Assembly (NCBI RefSeq): GCF_022045235.1
Contig: NW_027266308.1
Coordinates: forward strand, 45,818,001 to 45,882,000
Origin: Haliotis cracherodii
Taxonomy: Eukaryota
Direction of reading: 5' to 3'
Length of the DNA stretch: 64,000 nucleotides
In this document: one piece after another, positions 14,341 through 27,450 of the stretch
Layout of the letters: every line of letters starts with the position of its first letter
Position numbering within the stretch: position 1 is the stretch's first letter
Notes under the pieces: generated by a model
Databases searched by the model: none
The model's input: only the letters and a program-made list of their open reading frames with translations
Told to the model about the DNA's origin: nothing
Program-made: the position numbers and the translations under genes

Positions 14341-16899
14341 CTTCTTACCTAAAACACTATGCACACGGTAAGTCAACTTGCAACAAAGTACCAAATGAAA
14401 TAAGCTCAAAGATCACGTATCGTATCTAAAACATGCTGGTCAGCACACTTCACTTTTGAATGTGTATGTCGATATCAAATGATCAGGAAACTCGTGTCAG
14501 ATTTATGTTATTTATATCTATATATGAATAAAATGATCAAAATCTCCTTTACATTCAGAAGCCAGATGTTCTGGCCTGTTACAGCACATTTCCTTTAAAT
14601 GTGCATATTGATATACATCAATTTATTTTAACTGTGGTACATTATGCTTATCGTCAGTTATATATTAATATCGATAGATAGATTTTCAAATTACATCGGA
14701 ATGAAACATCGGGGGGATATATATTCATTACATTTGGATAAAGTTATCAGCTTCTGTAAGAGTACCAGATGGTATTTATTCATTGAAAGCATCTTTCCTT
14801 TCACTGTAATATAAAAGGAAGATATTTACCGACATCCATATATACTACATGATCAATTCTTCATGAACATTTATTATAGTCACATTGAGCCATCGAGTAA
14901 ATGAAGCCCTGGTCTTCTATTTCATCCTTTTTACCAAATGGTGTTATCGCACAGATTTGTTATAGTGTGGTGTATGTGGCGTTTCCTGTGGAGTTTGGAC
15001 TTTAGCATAAACATGTGGGTACAGGATGATTTTGTAGTTCAGTTTTTCCGAGGTGTTTTCATTCCGTAAGTTACCTTCTCTCTTAAGTCTTGCGTAAATA
15101 AGTGCTGACTTCATAGAAAGATTGAGTTACGTCCTTGTCCAATGGCTGGATAGGCGACTCTCACAATTTGTTAGGTACAGTAAAGCATACTCTTTTTTTT
15201 CTACGAAAGATTCAAAGAGCAGCATACGACTTTTGCTCCAACGCTGTTTGATCAGCGTTACAACATTCATGGCCTCAGTAAACCTTTCAAAAAGTATGTG
15301 TTTGTTGCCTGCACATAGCGTTTCTCCTCCCAATATTTGTCTGAAAGAAAAACCGAATTACGTCTGATGTGTACAAGTGCAGAGATTCTGCTAGTTATCA
15401 GTGATAGAAAAACGTTCGTTTTTCAACACAATGGGAACGGTTTTAATGTATCGGTCCAAACATATCTTTTGTCGCTGACGCAGCATAATTGATAAATGCT
15501 ACTGAGCTTATGATGACACTCGGAGACCTCAATCCACCAGCAGAAACATCGACCAAGTGATGACACCAAGTGTTCGCGAAAAGGGGAAGCATTCCCTACT
15601 CTATCAGTAGCCTGTAGCCTGTACCGGTGGCCAATTTGTCTGTAAACAATCGAGTCTTGACCAGATAATCTAGTGATATTATTTTGTAAATCAGTGATGA
15701 CACAATCGACACAGCAGAGTCTCTTCACTTGCAAGCAGCAGACGTAATTCAAAATAACAATATCGTTGAAAGTTGAAACGAGATATCGTTTCACTGGATT
15801 GTCTGGTTAAGAGTCGATAGTGTCACCACTGTATACTTTTTCATCACTATTTTGTCTTTCTTCGCCCAATGTTTTGGCAAATAATCGAGATTGGTTATTC
15901 TCCTGCGTTGACTGAATATTACTTGAACTGGGACGATGTTATCTTGATGGACTGAAGATTCCGAGTTTCACCATCAGCTCAATAGCTCTTATCAATTATG
16001 CTGAAATGTTTTTGTGCTGATACATTGAAACTGCTCAAGACTTTCTCTTTATTTGGAAGCACCAGAGAATCTTTCACTTATACTACCCTGGGTGAAGTCA
16101 ATTGCTGGTGTCCCCCGTGGTATTTCTGGAATATTGCTAAAAGCGGCGTAAAAGAATACTTACTCACGCACATGGTCATGTTAGATGACCATCTGTTTTG
16201 GAGTAACAGTTATTACTTTCAGGATTAGCTTTTGAATCCACGACTGGGATCGTTATCATCCTCAGTGCCTATTCTCTATATTTCTTCCGTCGGGATACAA
16301 TGACACACGAAGTCGCCTGACTACCCGATCCATTAAGTTGCCTCTAACGACCAGCATTGGTGAGCAATTCTCACCAGGAATACCCAAGAATCCCTACATG
16401 GTACAGGTTGTTTGATAGTGGCCCCACGTTGCATTATCTAAATGTTGTCATGATCCAATAGTCAGTTGTTTCAGAATTACTTCACTTAATGCACTGCCTT
16501 CTACGTTTAGCCGATTGGAGAGTATCCATTCATTACTGAATTGATATCCGAGATTTCGATAAGTAAAACTACACACATGTCTTTTTGGTTGTTGGAAGTT
16601 ATTATGAATGATATTGTATTTTATAAACACCGATAGTTATTGTTGTTCAGTTCTTTATAATCTCAGTCAACTACAAAATAAAAGCTATAAAACCATTTCC
16701 ATATTCATCTGAAAATTCTGCCGAAAGCAAGCCGATTGTACGATTCCGACTATATCATGAGCATGTGTTTATAAATCACATTCAAATAGAGGTGATACCA
16801 GGTGTTCGCGAAAAGGTGAACGTATCCTAACCCCACCAGTGGCACCCGTCACAAACACATGCAAAGGCAAGGGAGATGAATTGTTCACTTGAAAACATG

Positions 16900-17050
16900 G
16901 GAACATATGTTGATTAAACAACTTCTGAGCAAGAGTCGTACGAGGCTCTTTGAAATCTTGGAAGAAAGAAAATGTTCGATTGTATCTCAAAAGTTGTGAA
17001 ATGTAGGCATTAAGGGATTGAGCTGCAGGAATATTGCTCGACAAATAGGA
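16900..17050 (-). mobile_element. Penelope-like RT C-terminal fragment; related remnants at ~640-830 (+), ~15120-15300 (+) and ~2640-2735 (-)
   Basis: SSNIPAAQSLNAYISQLLRYNRTFSFFQDF resembles the SSNIP...Y.SQLIRY.R region that follows the RT in these elements. Confidence 0.65.
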
Positions 17051-18979
17051 AAAGTTGACTGTTGGAAAGTTGAAGTCTTCTCGTTGTCTTGTCTTGTGGA
17101 GAGTGTTTTGTCATTCAGAATCTTTATGCATAGATCTAAATATGAAAAAGACGAGACGTTCTCATTTATCTCCTTTATTTCAGTGGAAGGAATATGCTTA
17201 TTGATGATTATTGAACGATTTCAGATCATTGATGTAGATGACATTAAATCATAAAGACATTAAAACTGCACTCATGTGACCTGCATGATTGTGTGACGTG
17301 TCGATTGTGTGTATCGTTGCCAATACGACCAACCATCAGTTGTCTGGTTCAGTTTCGATTGCCAATTGGCATTCTTTGTTACATTGTTTTTGTGCAAAAG
17401 CATTCACCCACCCACCCCTGAAACATTGTCACTTCTCACATTAACTTCTCTCTAAACCATCTCGCAGAGAATAGGACTCCTTTACTCCTTATTCTAATTT
17501 TTGTGTGAATCATCATTTCTGATGGTTTATCTTTTTCCATGAATGAGATTCGAGACACGCATACGCCCGCGCACGCACGTACTCACGCACGCAATCACGC
17601 ACGCACGCACGCACGCACCCACACGGGTAGGGAAGGTGGGTGACTTGACTAATGAAGTGTCACTGTACCCATACGGAATGGAATGTTGCTCACAACATCA
17701 GGGCGGTTTCAAAGTAAAAGTAATGAAACACGGTTGCCGAAGCACTCGATTTTAAAGGTTTACGGCTGCCATAGGGCTAGCGATTTATGTCGTTGTCACA
17801 ATTACATCCGGTCAATGATCCACTTTTCCTTGATCACTGTATATGGAGGACACCGTCTGCATGTTTTCAGAGAAGATTCCCTTTATTCTCTTGGAACTGA
17901 TAAAGATGTTTTTGCCTATTCGAAGGTTTGGGAACCTTGACTGAAACGCCATAGATTGTCACATAATGTTACACAAAGACACATTCTGTCACGAACTTTT
18001 TATTCTATAAAACATACAATTGAAATGCTATCGGTCGATATTTCTGCACAGTTGATAAAGGCAGGTTTCCAAGCAGTGTTCCATCCTCTATGCAAATTTC
18101 GCTGAAAAAGAGAATTGATTTTGAGACCAGAAACTCCATCTTGGACATACATTGATGATTCATATTTGTTTGTAAATCTGTAAATAATCAAGTGTGGACC
18201 AGTCAATCCAGTGATCGACATCATGAGCATCGATAAACGCATTTGGGACAAGATGACATGCATCAACCAAGTCAGTGAGCTCAACCACCCGATCTCGTCA
18301 GTCGCCTCTTAGTACAAACATGGGTTGCTGAAGACTAATTTTAACCCGGATCTTCACGGGTATTGTTGACTCGTACATATACAGGGGTACATATGTTATA
18401 TCTATCACGAGCATACTACACCATTTACTATGCCCACTATACCATATTCCTACAGTATTTTTATATTTCATCATAGTTCTTGTTTCTAAACACAGTTTAA
18501 AAATGTGACTACATCGTCTACATATCATCTGATAATATCAAGATTACTTTGTTTTTCTAGATGCTGCAGTAGATTGTTTGGTTGGTTTCTTGTTTTACGC
18601 CGCACTCGGAAATATTCCAGCTATATGACGGCGGTCTGTAAATAATCGAGTCTGGAATAGACAATCCAGCGAGCCTGACCACCCCATCCCGTTAGTTGCA
18701 TTTTACGACCAGCATAGTCGCCTTTTACGGCAAGACTGGGTTGCTGAAGACCTATTCTACCGCGGATCTTCACGGGTGTGCTGCAGTAGAAAGGGAGAAG
18801 AATTTGTATTGTCTTCCTTTTTGTCTGGCGTTATGTTATTGTTGCACTTTCTCATGTTCCTCAGCAGATGTCAAAACCTTTAACTGGCCATATATTTGAC
18901 AACGCGGTAATTTCAAAGCAATCTTGATGCGTATATGAAGAATTGAGGATTTAATAGACTTAATGAATATTGTGTATTA

Positions 18980-21900
18980 TCAATTGATTTTATAGATGAA
19001 TATATCGTTACCTAAAAGTAACCTAGTAAAAGCTATCATAGTCGGTAACTGCAACATGCGTTTCCTTGTTTGTTGTTTAATGGCGGTTTGTAAATTATCA
19101 AGTCTTGACCAGAAAATCGAGTGATTGACACCATGTGCATAAATCTACGCTATTGGGATACGATGACATGTATCAACAAAGTAAGCAAGCCTGAACAGTG
19201 AACACCCGACCTCATTAGTCGCTCTTACGACAAACATAGTCGCCTCCTATGGGTTGCTGAAGACCAAGACTGGTCTTCACAGGTAGCAACATCACATGAC
19301 AAGATACGTTCAAACAAGTAGAGTCGTCCTTTCACAAAAGGCAGATGTAGCACAAGGCTATGACATTCTCGTCGTGTTTTTTCTACTGCACCCATAAACG
19401 TAAGATTACCTTCTTCGTTCTCATTTTCTTCTGAGGATTCTGAGGAGGATGACGAAGATGAAGATGACCCAGAGGATGATTCAGAAGATGATTCTAAAAT
19501 CAGTAAGAAACCTTCACAAATCAAATGATTATATTATATAATGGGAATATAACAAAGAGCTAACAAACTGAGTGCGGACAAAGTATGCAAGAAAATAGGG
19601 ATAACAACCTGGTTAAGTGGATCGAAAATATTTCAAATAACCATTATCCAAATATGAACGGTTGATGCTTGCAATAGGACTATTTCAAAATAGCGAAACA
19701 TAGTTGTATGCTTTATCCTGATATAAGAATGCCGTAGTTGGTTCTCTGCTTGGTGTGAGTTGAATAAAGTATTGGGCGTTTGCCTGACAGGAGCATTAAA
19801 CATCTCACTCATTTCTCCTTAATGGCTAAATCATAGGATTTTAACACAGGATTACCTTCCTCGCTGTTCTCACTTTCTTCTGTCGACTCGGATGATTCCG
19901 ATGATGATTCTTAAAAATAAACATGATATTTTCACGTTGAAAGGCCACACAGCGTCCAGGAACGAGAGGAGAAACGTAGAGCATATGGCATCCTGACAAA
20001 CTTACAGAAAGGATGTTTAGATGAAAGTGAAAATGAGAGTCAAAAGCATGTGGTTGATGCTATCAAGCCATTCTTGGGTAAGCCTTGTGATTAAAGCGTT
20101 TGTTCGTCACGGGTTCGATTCCCTAAACGGTTACTATGTATGAAGCCCATTTCTGGTGTTCTCCGCCCTGATATTGCTGGAATATTACTAAAAGCGGCGT
20201 CAAACCATACGTACTCACTCACTCACTCACTGAACAGATGCCAAGGTAGCAAGATGCTAGGACTTGCATAGTTGACCTGTTTGCCCGTCAATCAAGTTGT
20301 ACTCATTGTGATAAAGCTGTATTTCGTTCTCTGTGTAGTGTGATAATGAACAGAGATTTGGACATTCTTTCCATCGCCCTAATAATGTAACAATAATCCC
20401 AAAAGGGGCATTAAACATCACATTCACTTCTCACTCTTGAACAAAGCAGTCGATTTCTAACATCAATCCTGAATACAGGATTACCTTTCGTCATTGCTCT
20501 TACTTTCTTCAGTCGATTCGGAAGATTCGGATGATGATTCTCAAATAAATCACATTATCATGTCAGATAGCCTCCACATTGAATGAGATCGAGAGAAACA
20601 TCAAACATTTTACACCTGACAAACTGTAGATCCAAAAAAGGATACTTAATACATAACGTGTAGACTATTTTCCTGAATTAAAAAGGGAGTGATTTATGTC
20701 ATCATGCCATTATGGACAATACCGAGGATTTTAAATAATCTTTCAGTTACCCTCATCGTTGCTCTCGCTTTCTTCTGTCGATTCTGATGATTCAGAGGAT
20801 GATTCTGTAAATATAAGGCACGTCATCCTGTCAACTAGCCATCACATAGCAGTGGGGTAAGTCATTCAAAGTAACTGTTACAGTACATCATTCAGTGACG
20901 ACTGCGACATTTGTAGATATCTGAGAGGGTGAACACATAAAAGAATAATTTTGAAAGAGAAAATGATCGTGGGCTTCATAACGCTTTTAGATACCAATTT
21001 CGAAACAACCTTGCTTGATTATAAAGAGTTGACATCAGGATCTCTTGATATTTCAACCGTTGCACGAATGGAAGACAAAATAGTGTGTATTAATCTAATA
21101 AGCTGTTATTTGACTTTCACGATTGCGGATTACCCAGGTTAACACACGATGTCTTGAATTAACATTCGCACAGGTATAGATCAGTGACATCCATACAAAG
21201 TTAAGGTGTTCTGTCCCCTGTTGTTGCTTTTGTCAGATAAAAGAGATGAAAGAGTACGTCTGATAATATGTTCTTTTTTCATTCTCATCAGTTTTGATAT
21301 CTTTACTTAGTCAATTCACCTTTATGGTTAGGATCGGCGCCACACTCAAATAAAATGGTGATTGAAAATATTTTGACATTGCAACGATAATTTCATAGTA
21401 GACGTTAAACCACCCACTCAGGCTTTAAAATATTATTAAGTGATGTAACATGTAACCTAGATAAATGATTGCCTTCATCATTGCTGTCATCTTCTTCTGA
21501 CGATACTGATGATTCAGAGGATGATTCCATAAGTATTAAGTACGTCAACATGTCAACTAGCCATTGTATGACATTGGAATGCACAGACAAACGAGGAACA
21601 TATGTTACCCTGACGAGCTGGTGCTAGGTAAATAAAAGGATAACAAACCAGTTAGAAAGAGAAAATGATCGTGTGCTTTTAGATACATATTTCGAAATAA
21701 CCTTGTTCGATCATAAAGTGTTGATGACATCAGTATGTCTTGATATTTCAACCGTTCCATGAATGGAAAGCAAAATAGTGTGTATTAACCTAATTAGATG
21801 CTACATGGCTTTCAAGATTGCGGATTAACCAGGTTGTAGAACACACGATGTCTTGAATATACATTGCACAGGTATAGATCAGCGACAATCATACAATATT

Positions 21901-24900
21901 AAGGTGTTCTGTGCCCCGTTGTTACTTTTTTTCATATAAAATTGATGAAATTGTTTGTTTAGTAATAATTTGCTTTTCATTCTTAGCAGTGTTGATATCT
22001 TAACTAAATTACTGCTCCTTTGTGGTTAGGAACGCCCTAACACTCTAATCATCACGCGATGGTCCAAAAGATTGTTCCTTCCATGTAAGATTTGACACCG
22101 TTCACGTCATTAAAAAGCATGTTTTTGCGATTGGTCCTCAATTTATTCAGATAATTAGATACTATTTTCACAGATGTACAATACTTTTGAACACCAAAGA
22201 CATGTCTATCCAAACATTTCAGTTTAGATGATTGTATTTTTCTTATATAACCTGTCAAGTAGCACTAGATGAGCAACAGAACACGCCTCTCAACCTGAAC
22301 ATTAACTACATGATTACCTTCAGTATCACGCTTCACTTCTTCTGTGGACTCCGAGGATGATGAGGAAGAGGAACCAGAGGATGATTCAGAGGCAGACTCT
22401 AATTGTAACAGATTTAACAACTATTAGTAAAATATCGGTTGTTTTGATCTATGAATCTATATTTCTCCTATCCTCCTACATCTTCTATGGAAAACTGTTT
22501 CTATTATGTGGATAGTGACAACTGTCACAGTTCAAGACATCTGAAAAGGATAAACTCGTGGAAGAATAGTCTTCGTGCTGTTGAGCCTCAACTGGAGGCA
22601 ATTACCTTCATCGTTGCTCTCGCTTTCTTCTGTCGATTCTGATTATTCATAGCAGTAGGGTCAGGCATTCTAAGTAACTGTTACAGTATATGATTCAGTG
22701 ACGACTGCGACATTTATAGATATCTAATAGGCTGAACACATACAAGAATAATCTACATTTCATGAGATGCAGTGGTAACACGGACGCTATTACACATTTG
22801 TCGTGTTGTTGCTTATGGAACACTCATCAGACATTACCTTCATCATTGCTCTCACCTTCTTCTGTCGATTCTGAGGAGGATGACGAAGATGACCCAGGGG
22901 AGGATTCCGAAGGCGAGTCTAAATTCAATAATGTATCCCATTTACTTATCAAATGCTCAGGAAATAACAAATAAATCTAGACATACTTTGATCATGTTTC
23001 CCTAAAATTCTAATGGTTGATGCATGAAAGGATAAAACAGAAAAAATAGAGAAAGGAGGAAGAACTGTCCAGCATACTGGTAAAACACTAATCCTCAAAT
23101 AACTATGTTTCACGTATGAAGGGTTTCCTGACTGCAATTGCGTCAGTAGAAATTTCCAAGCTTCAATTCGCGGAAGGCTGAGGACTATGGTTTATACCGT
23201 CATGTTTTTATCTGTTTCACTGTAATGTGGGATGGCTAGACGCCAGAACATAATTATCAGACTTTCTCTCATTGTGACATTGCAACGATACTTTCACTGC
23301 GGACGTTAAACCACCCACTCAGCCATCACTTCATTTTTGTCAAAAGTGATTTTCTTTTAACATGTAACCTAGATAAACGATTGCCTTCATCATTGACCTT
23401 ACCTTCTTCTGTCGATTCTGAGGAGGATGACGAAGATGACCCAGGGGAGGATTCCAAAGACGATTCTAAATTCAATAATTTATCCCATTTACTTATCAAA
23501 TGCTCAGGTAATAACAAATACATCTAGACATACTTTGATCATGGTTCCCTAAAAGGATAACAAACCAGTTAGATAGAGAAAATGATAGTGGGCTTGATAT
23601 CGCTTTTAGATACATATTTCGAAATAACCTTGTTCGATTATAAAGTGTTGATGACATCAGTATGTCTTGATATTTCCAACGTTCCATGAATGGAAGGCAC
23701 AATAGTGTGTATTAATCTAATAAGCTGCTATATGGCTTTCAAGATTGCGGATAAACCAGCTTGTAGAACACATGATGTCTTGAATAAACATTGCACAGGT
23801 ATAAATCAGTGACATTCATACAATATTAAGGTGTTCTGTGCCCCGTTGCTATTTTTTTCATATAAAATTGATGACATTGTTTGTTTAGTAATAATTTGCT
23901 TTTCATTCTTAGCAGTGTTGATATCTTAACTAGAGTACTGCTTCTTTGTGGTTAGGAACTCCCTCACACTCTAATCATCAAGCGATGGTCCAAAAGATTG
24001 TTCCTTCCATGTAAGATTTGACACCGTTCACGTCATTAAAAAGCATGTTTTTGCGATTGGTCCTCAATTTATTCAGATAATTAGATACTATTTTCACAGA
24101 TGTACAATACTTTTGAACACCAAAGACATGTCTATCCAAACATTTCAGTTTAGATGATTGTATTTTTCTTATATAACCTGTCAAGTAGCACTAGATGAGC
24201 AACAGAACACGCCTCTCAACCTGAACATTAACTACATGATTACCTTCAGTATCACGCTTCACTTCTTCTGTGGACTCCGAGGATGATGAGGAAGAGGAAC
24301 CAGAGGATGATTCAGAGGCAGACTCTAATTGTAACAGATTTAACAACTATTAGTAAAATATCGGTTGTTTTGATCTATGAATCTATATTTCTCCTATCCT
24401 CCTACATCTTCTATGGAAAACTGTTTCTATTATGTGGATAGTGACAACTGTCACAGTTCAAGACATCTGAAAAGGATAAACTCGTGGAAGAATAGTCTTC
24501 GTGCTGTTGAGCCTCAACTGGAGGCAATTACCTTCATCGTTGCTCTCGCTTTCTTCTGTCGATTCTGATTATTCATAGCAGTAGGGTCAGGCATTCTAAG
24601 TAACTGTTACAGTATATGATTCAGTGACGACTGCGACATTTATAGATATCTAATAGGCTGAACACATACAAGAATAATCTACATTTCATGAGATGCAGTG
24701 GTAACACGGACGCTATTACACATTTGTCGTGTTGTTGCTTATGGAACACTCATCAGACATTACCTTCATCATTGCTCTCACCTTCTTCTGTCGATTCTGA
24801 GGAGGATGACGAAGATGACCCAGGGGAGGATTCCGAAGACGAGTCTAAATTCAATAATTTATCCCATTTACTTATCAAATGCTCAGGAAATAACAAATAA

Positions 24901-27153
24901 ATCTAGACATACTTTGATCATGTTTCCCTAAAATTCTAATGGTTGATGCATGAAAGGATAAAACAGAAAAAATAGAGAACGGAGGGAGAACTGTCCAGCA
25001 TACTGGTAAAACACTAATCCTCAAATAACTATGTTTCACGTATGAAGGGTTTTTTGACTGCAATTGCGTCAGTAGAAATTTCCAAGCTTCAATTCGCGGA
25101 AGGCTGAGGACTATGGTTTATACCGTCATGTTTTTATCTGTTTCACTGTAATGTGGGATGGCTAGACGCCAGAACATAATTATCAGACTTTCTCTCATTG
25201 TGACATTGCAACGATACTTTCACTGCGGACGTTAAACCACCCACTCAGCCATCACTTCATTTTTGTCAAAAGTGATTTTCTTTTAACATGTAACCTAGAT
25301 AAACGATTGCCTTCATCATTGACCTTACCTTCTTCTGTCGATTCTGAGGAGGATGACGAAGATGACCCAGGGGAGGATTCCAAAGACGATTCTAAATTCA
25401 ATAATTTATCCCATTTACTTATCAAATGCTCAGGTAATAACAAATACATCTAGACATACTTTGATCATGGTTCCCTAAAAGGATAACAAACCAGTTAGAT
25501 AGAGAAAATGATAGTGGGCTTGATATCGCTTTTAGATACATATTTCGAAATAACCTTGTTCGATTATAAAGTGTTGATGACATCAGTATGTCTTGATATT
25601 TCCAACGTTCCATGAATGGAAGGCACAATAGTGTGTATTAATCTAATAAGCTGCTATATGGCTTTCAAGATTGCGGATAAACCAGCTTGTAGAACACATG
25701 ATGTCTTGAATAAACATTGCACAGGTATAAATCAGTGACATTCATACAATATTAAGGTGTTCTGTGCCCCGTTGCTATTTTTTTCATATAAAATTGATGA
25801 CATTGTTTGTTTAGTAATAACTTGCTTTTCATTCTTAGCAGTGTTGATATCTTAACTAGAGTACTGCTCCTTTGTGGTTAGGAACGCCCTCACACTCTAA
25901 TCATCACGCGATGGTCCAAAAGATTGTTCCTTCCATGTAAGATTTGACACCGTTCACGTCATTAAAAAGCATGTTTTTGCGATTGGTCCTCAATTTATTC
26001 AGATAATTAGATACTATTTTCACAGATGTACAATACTTTTGAACACCAAAGACATGTCTATCCAAACATTTCAGTTTAGATGATTGTATTTTTCTTATAT
26101 AACCTGTCAAGTAGCACTAGATGAGCAACAGAACACGCCTCTCAACCTGAACATTAACTACATGATTACCTTCAGTATCACGCTTCACTTCTTCTGTGGA
26201 CTCCGAGGATGATGAGGAAGAGGAACCAGAGGATGATTCAGAGGCAGACTCTAATTGTAACAGATTTAACAACTATTAGTAAAATATCGGTTGTTTTGAT
26301 CTATGAATCTATATTTCTCCTATCCTCCTATATCGTCTATGGAAAACTAAGTGTGATTAGGAAAACATTCTAAAATAGCTGTTTCCTGTAGATGGATTGT
26401 GACAACCGTCACCATTCTAGATATCTAGAAAAGATAAATTGGAAGAATGGTCTTCATTTCTTGAGATGCATTGGTAGCTGATTTCTGTGACATGCTTGTT
26501 TTGGTTTTTTTAAAGGGCACATTAAAGGGCACGTAAACTCAACATACTCACTTTGCAGATTTTCATACTTTAAGACATACCTAATCACAAATGTTTGACC
26601 AAAAATAAATTTGAAAAACGGAAGGAACATTGAAAATACGATAAAAACTGACAGGCGAAATAGTGCCCCAAAGGCATAAATTCGCCTCTGGTGATAAAAC
26701 AGGTTCCTAATGTTTGACGTGCTGCGCAATTTGAACGATGAGCTGGGGCCAGTTTGTCTGCTTCCGCCTCGGATTTTTTAATCGAATTAAAGGGCAGGTG
26801 GTTATGTTGCCCAAACAGTATGTAAGTCATAAAAATCTAGTTGCAGACATTAGTTGTTATGGTAATTATTCACAATGTCAAGTTCAAAGGTCATTTCACA
26901 CACTCGCCCCTTCTAGTATCAGTCCATCAGGAAACAGTTGTATGTTTGTGGATTTGGCCTACTTTGTCCCGCATATGTTAACATAAACGCGAATGTGCTT
27001 TGTTAGCCATTTAAATGTCACTAAATCACTTGCAACTAAATCATTCTCATTGAGCCCAAACGTAGGAATACCTTCAAAAGCACCCCGAATGCCTATGCCT
27101 TCAGTCAGAGTGACTGACACCAGGAGAACGGAGAGCAACACCTGTACGATCAT
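18980..27153 (-). CDS. Gene B: paralogous predicted secreted Ser/Glu-rich acidic phosphoprotein (~280-290 aa)
   Basis: ATG at 27153. Signal exon CDS 27153-27072 (MIVQVLLSVLLVSVTLTEG-IGIRGAFE, donor GTATTC). Micro-exons: 26250-26170, 25391-25329 (or to 25311 with a GC donor), 24844-24764, 24324-24244, 23465-23403 (or 23385), 22918-22838, 22398-22318, 20804-20751, 19909-19856, 19493-19410 (ESSSESSSGSSSSSSSSESSEENENEE). Candidate terminal exon starts at 19011 after ttacttttag and encodes GNDIFIYKIN*, TGA at 18982-18980, with ATTAAA at 18955-18950. Confidence 0.8.
21990..26340. repeat. 1926-bp near-identical tandem duplication (~2.3 units), each with three 81-nt exon modules plus one truncated exon
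   Basis: Homologous exons at 22318/24244/26170, 22838/24764 and 23385/25311. Identical ORFs recur at 1926-bp spacing in the ORF track. Confidence 0.95.
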
Positions 27154-27306
27154 TTTGCACTGAAACATATTAACAATCACATTTTAGGCATACAGATGAA
27201 TACATTGTGTCATATATCTTGCTTGTCATACAGTTGAAACAAAATATAATCTCTGCAAGAGTAACGTCTAAAGCTCAGCTAAGATACGTACGTGGAGCCT
27301 AGTCAC

Positions 27307-27450
27307 CTGTGAGTATGAACGGTTGGGTTCTTTGTAGATAAATTGCTGCACAACAGAGCGTTTATATAGCGTTGCAGATATAACGTCACTGACAGATATA
27401 TCATCAGAATGAAATATCTGGGGGATATTTATTCATTGCATTTCATGGTG
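27307..27450 (-). promoter_or_regulatory. Gene B core promoter and non-coding exon 1
   Basis: TATATAAA on the minus strand at 27368-27361. TGACGTTA at ~27388-27381. Exon 1 ends at 27307 with CAG|GTGACT. Same layout as gene A. Confidence 0.7.

Larger units (their letters stand above)
1..27450. repeat. Tandem segmental duplication (copy A ~1-14350, copy B ~14491-27450)
   Basis: 1-4384 aligns by eye to 14491-18930 with a few replaced or inserted blocks. 4385 onward aligns to 20047 onward. 12700-14010 aligns to ~25800-27180. Confidence 0.92.

Noticed and set aside
16207-16270. Alternative terminal exon GTEDDNDPSRGFKS* for the acidic genes (also ~1800-1845)
   Set aside because: The acceptor context is purine-rich and poor. 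The 19011 exon has a better acceptor and a nearby poly(A) signal.
26959-27180. 73-aa single-exon secreted peptide ORF
   Set aside because: Only 27153-27072 behaves as an exon. The rest is intron read-through that diverges between the paralogues.
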